From: the human T2T-CHM13v2.0 reference genome, Homo sapiens
DNA: 64,000 nucleotides
Strand: one strand, 5' to 3'
Assembly: GCF_009914755.1 (NCBI RefSeq)
Contig: NC_060933.1
Every line of letters starts with the position of its first letter. Positions within the stretch are counted from its first letter, which is position 1. Position numbers and translations under genes: made by a program. Under the pieces are notes generated by a model. It searched no databases, was not told where the DNA came from, and worked only from the letters and a program-made list of their open reading frames with translations. This document shows positions 62,336 through 64,000 of the stretch, one piece after another.

Positions 62336-63339
62336 TCTTTTATAGGTAATACTTTTATTGTCAAGTCTAAGAACTCTTTGTGTAGCCCAATCCCAAAGAT
62401 TTTCTACTAATTTTTAAAGTTTTATAGTTTTCTGTTGTATACTTAATTCTATGATCTACTTTGAGGTAAGTTTTTGTATAAGGTATAAGGTTTAGGTAGA
62501 GATTTTTTTTTATTTTTTTGCCTATGAATATCCAATTGCTCCAGCACTACTTGTTGAAAAACAATTTGGTGTTAAAAAGACCTAAATTATATTAGTGTTA
62601 GGAAAATATTATCCTTCATTCTGGACTTGAGAAGCTGCTATGCTGCTCCACAGAGCTAGTGTTCCTCATGAGATTCATAAAGCTCTGAAAGGTCCTGTAA
62701 AGAAAGATACTAATTTATGCTAGCACTATATGGAGGTTATTACTTCTAAGGGTTTCCAAGTGGCTTGAAGCTCAGGCCAGGAGTGTCCTAGTAACTATCC
62801 ACTATAGAATAAGATTGAGTGGAAGGAGATGAATCCATGGGTCTAATTCCAGAAGGACAGAAAGGCCTCGAAGTCGACTGCATGATCAATAGCACAGGCG
62901 AGCAAACCTCCAGCTTTAAGGCCTATGGATCAGTAATCAGCCAGGTCACCCTCCTAGCAGTGTTTGTGCAGCCTCCATGTCACAGAGGCAACAAAACAGT
63001 TGAACAACACAGCCTAGTCAACTGGCCAATAGAATGAAAAATTATTTCTAGCATTTGCCTATGCTCTAGGTTTCCTTAAATATTAGCAAATAAATTTACC
63101 CTCGTTTCGGTGATCGTGGCTTCTCTATTACCTCCCATTCAAAGGTCTTTCACTCAGTTGTCACAATAAAGGGTAGTAGGAATGTATTTTTTTCAACTCT
63201 AATGCTAAAAGTTTTCAGTAGCTGTCAAATAAAATACATGCCATTACTGATCAAAAATCAAGAAATACCATTTCTTGGAAAGGTCTCAATTTAATTGCCT
63301 TTTAGACAACTGCAACCCAGCTAAAGTACCAGAGGAATA

Positions 63340-63560
63340 GTGAGCTGCATTGGAAACAGTACTAGATTACAGCTGACAGGTCAGGAAATCTAGTGTAGTC
63401 CTCATTAGCTGTGGGACTGCAGGGAAAACCCTTGACCTCTTTGTATTTCCACTTTCCTTTCCTCAAAATGGCAATAAGATTTGTCTTACTGACTTCACCA
63501 TGCCATTGTGAAGCTCAAATAAGATCATATATGTGAAAGTGCTTTGAAACTCCCACAGTT
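63340..63560 (+). mobile_element. MIR
   Basis: 'cattagctgtgggactgcagggaaaacccttgacctct...ttgtgaagctcaaataagatcatatatgtgaaagtgctttg'. Confidence 0.65.
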
Positions 63561-63869
63561 ATCCAGACTGAGAAGGCGCTCATTACAACAGGCTTCCCTG
63601 GCTATTCAAGAACCCTGACTGCTGCCAACATCCTCCCCACCCTCCTACCCAGCATTGTTTAATTTTTAAAAATCTAATTTTGAGAGACTGTAGGTAAAGT
63701 GCTGAGTGCAGTGCCTGGAATCTAAGTGTTCAATAAATCACAGCTGTCATAATTCTTCTGCCACATGTCTTTACACTTCACTCTAACCGACTACATGACA
63801 AAGTTCGGTTAATGGGCTGTGGCAGAGTGGGCTCTCTACCAGATATCTGTGCTATCTACCTTTCTCTAG

Positions 63870-64000
63870 CATACAGTTATCACTGAGAAGTGGCTGCTCA
63901 TTCATCGACTACATTTCCAAAACCCTCCTGCAGTTAGCTGTGGCCATGTAACTGAGTTTTAGCAAAAGATTGTGAGCAAAAGTAATGTGTGCCACTTTAA
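63870..64000 (+). mobile_element. MLT1-type LTR running off the window end
   Basis: 'ctacatttccaaaaccctcctgcagttagctgtggccatgtaactgagttt...gtgagcaaaagtaatgtgtgccactt'. Confidence 0.7.

Larger units (their letters stand above)
60440..62562 (-). mobile_element. L1MC1/2-like 3' portion interrupted by a (CT)n tract (~60654-60699) and two Alus
   Basis: 'gagataattctaggttcacatg...aaataatacagaaagatccc', 'gaacatcttttcatatgcttatttgccatctg', 'atatccaattgctccagcactacttgttgaaaa'. Confidence 0.85.

Overview
AT-rich, CpG-depleted primate (human-like) genomic DNA, probably intergenic or deep intronic. I see no credible host protein-coding exon, RNA gene or CpG island. About half or more of the window is transposable-element sequence. 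It includes a full-length L1PA7-like LINE-1 with a nested L1, several truncated or inverted L1PA8/L1MA/L1MC/L1PB copies, five Alus, a complete two-LTR MSTA MaLR, and solo LTRs (MER41A, MER31-like, LTR16-like, THE1, MLT2A2, MER68/77-like). It also holds a 5'-truncated gammaretrovirus-like ERV (pol-env-3'LTR), plus L2, MIR and hAT MITEs. Every ORF I can assign is a TE remnant; the rest look like chance ORFs. Most notable observations: (1) the truncated ERV has an intact 3' LTR terminus but is flanked by a perfect 19-bp duplication, suggesting one-ended integration; (2) an old diverged ~230-bp duplicate (1-245 vs 4311-4560) carries a stem with covarying pairs; (3) a tail-to-tail L1 junction that twin priming cannot explain; (4) several fold-back template-switch palindromes inside L1s. 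I found no convincing new multi-gene system. Repeat subfamily names come from my recall of consensus sequences and need RepeatMasker/Dfam confirmation.
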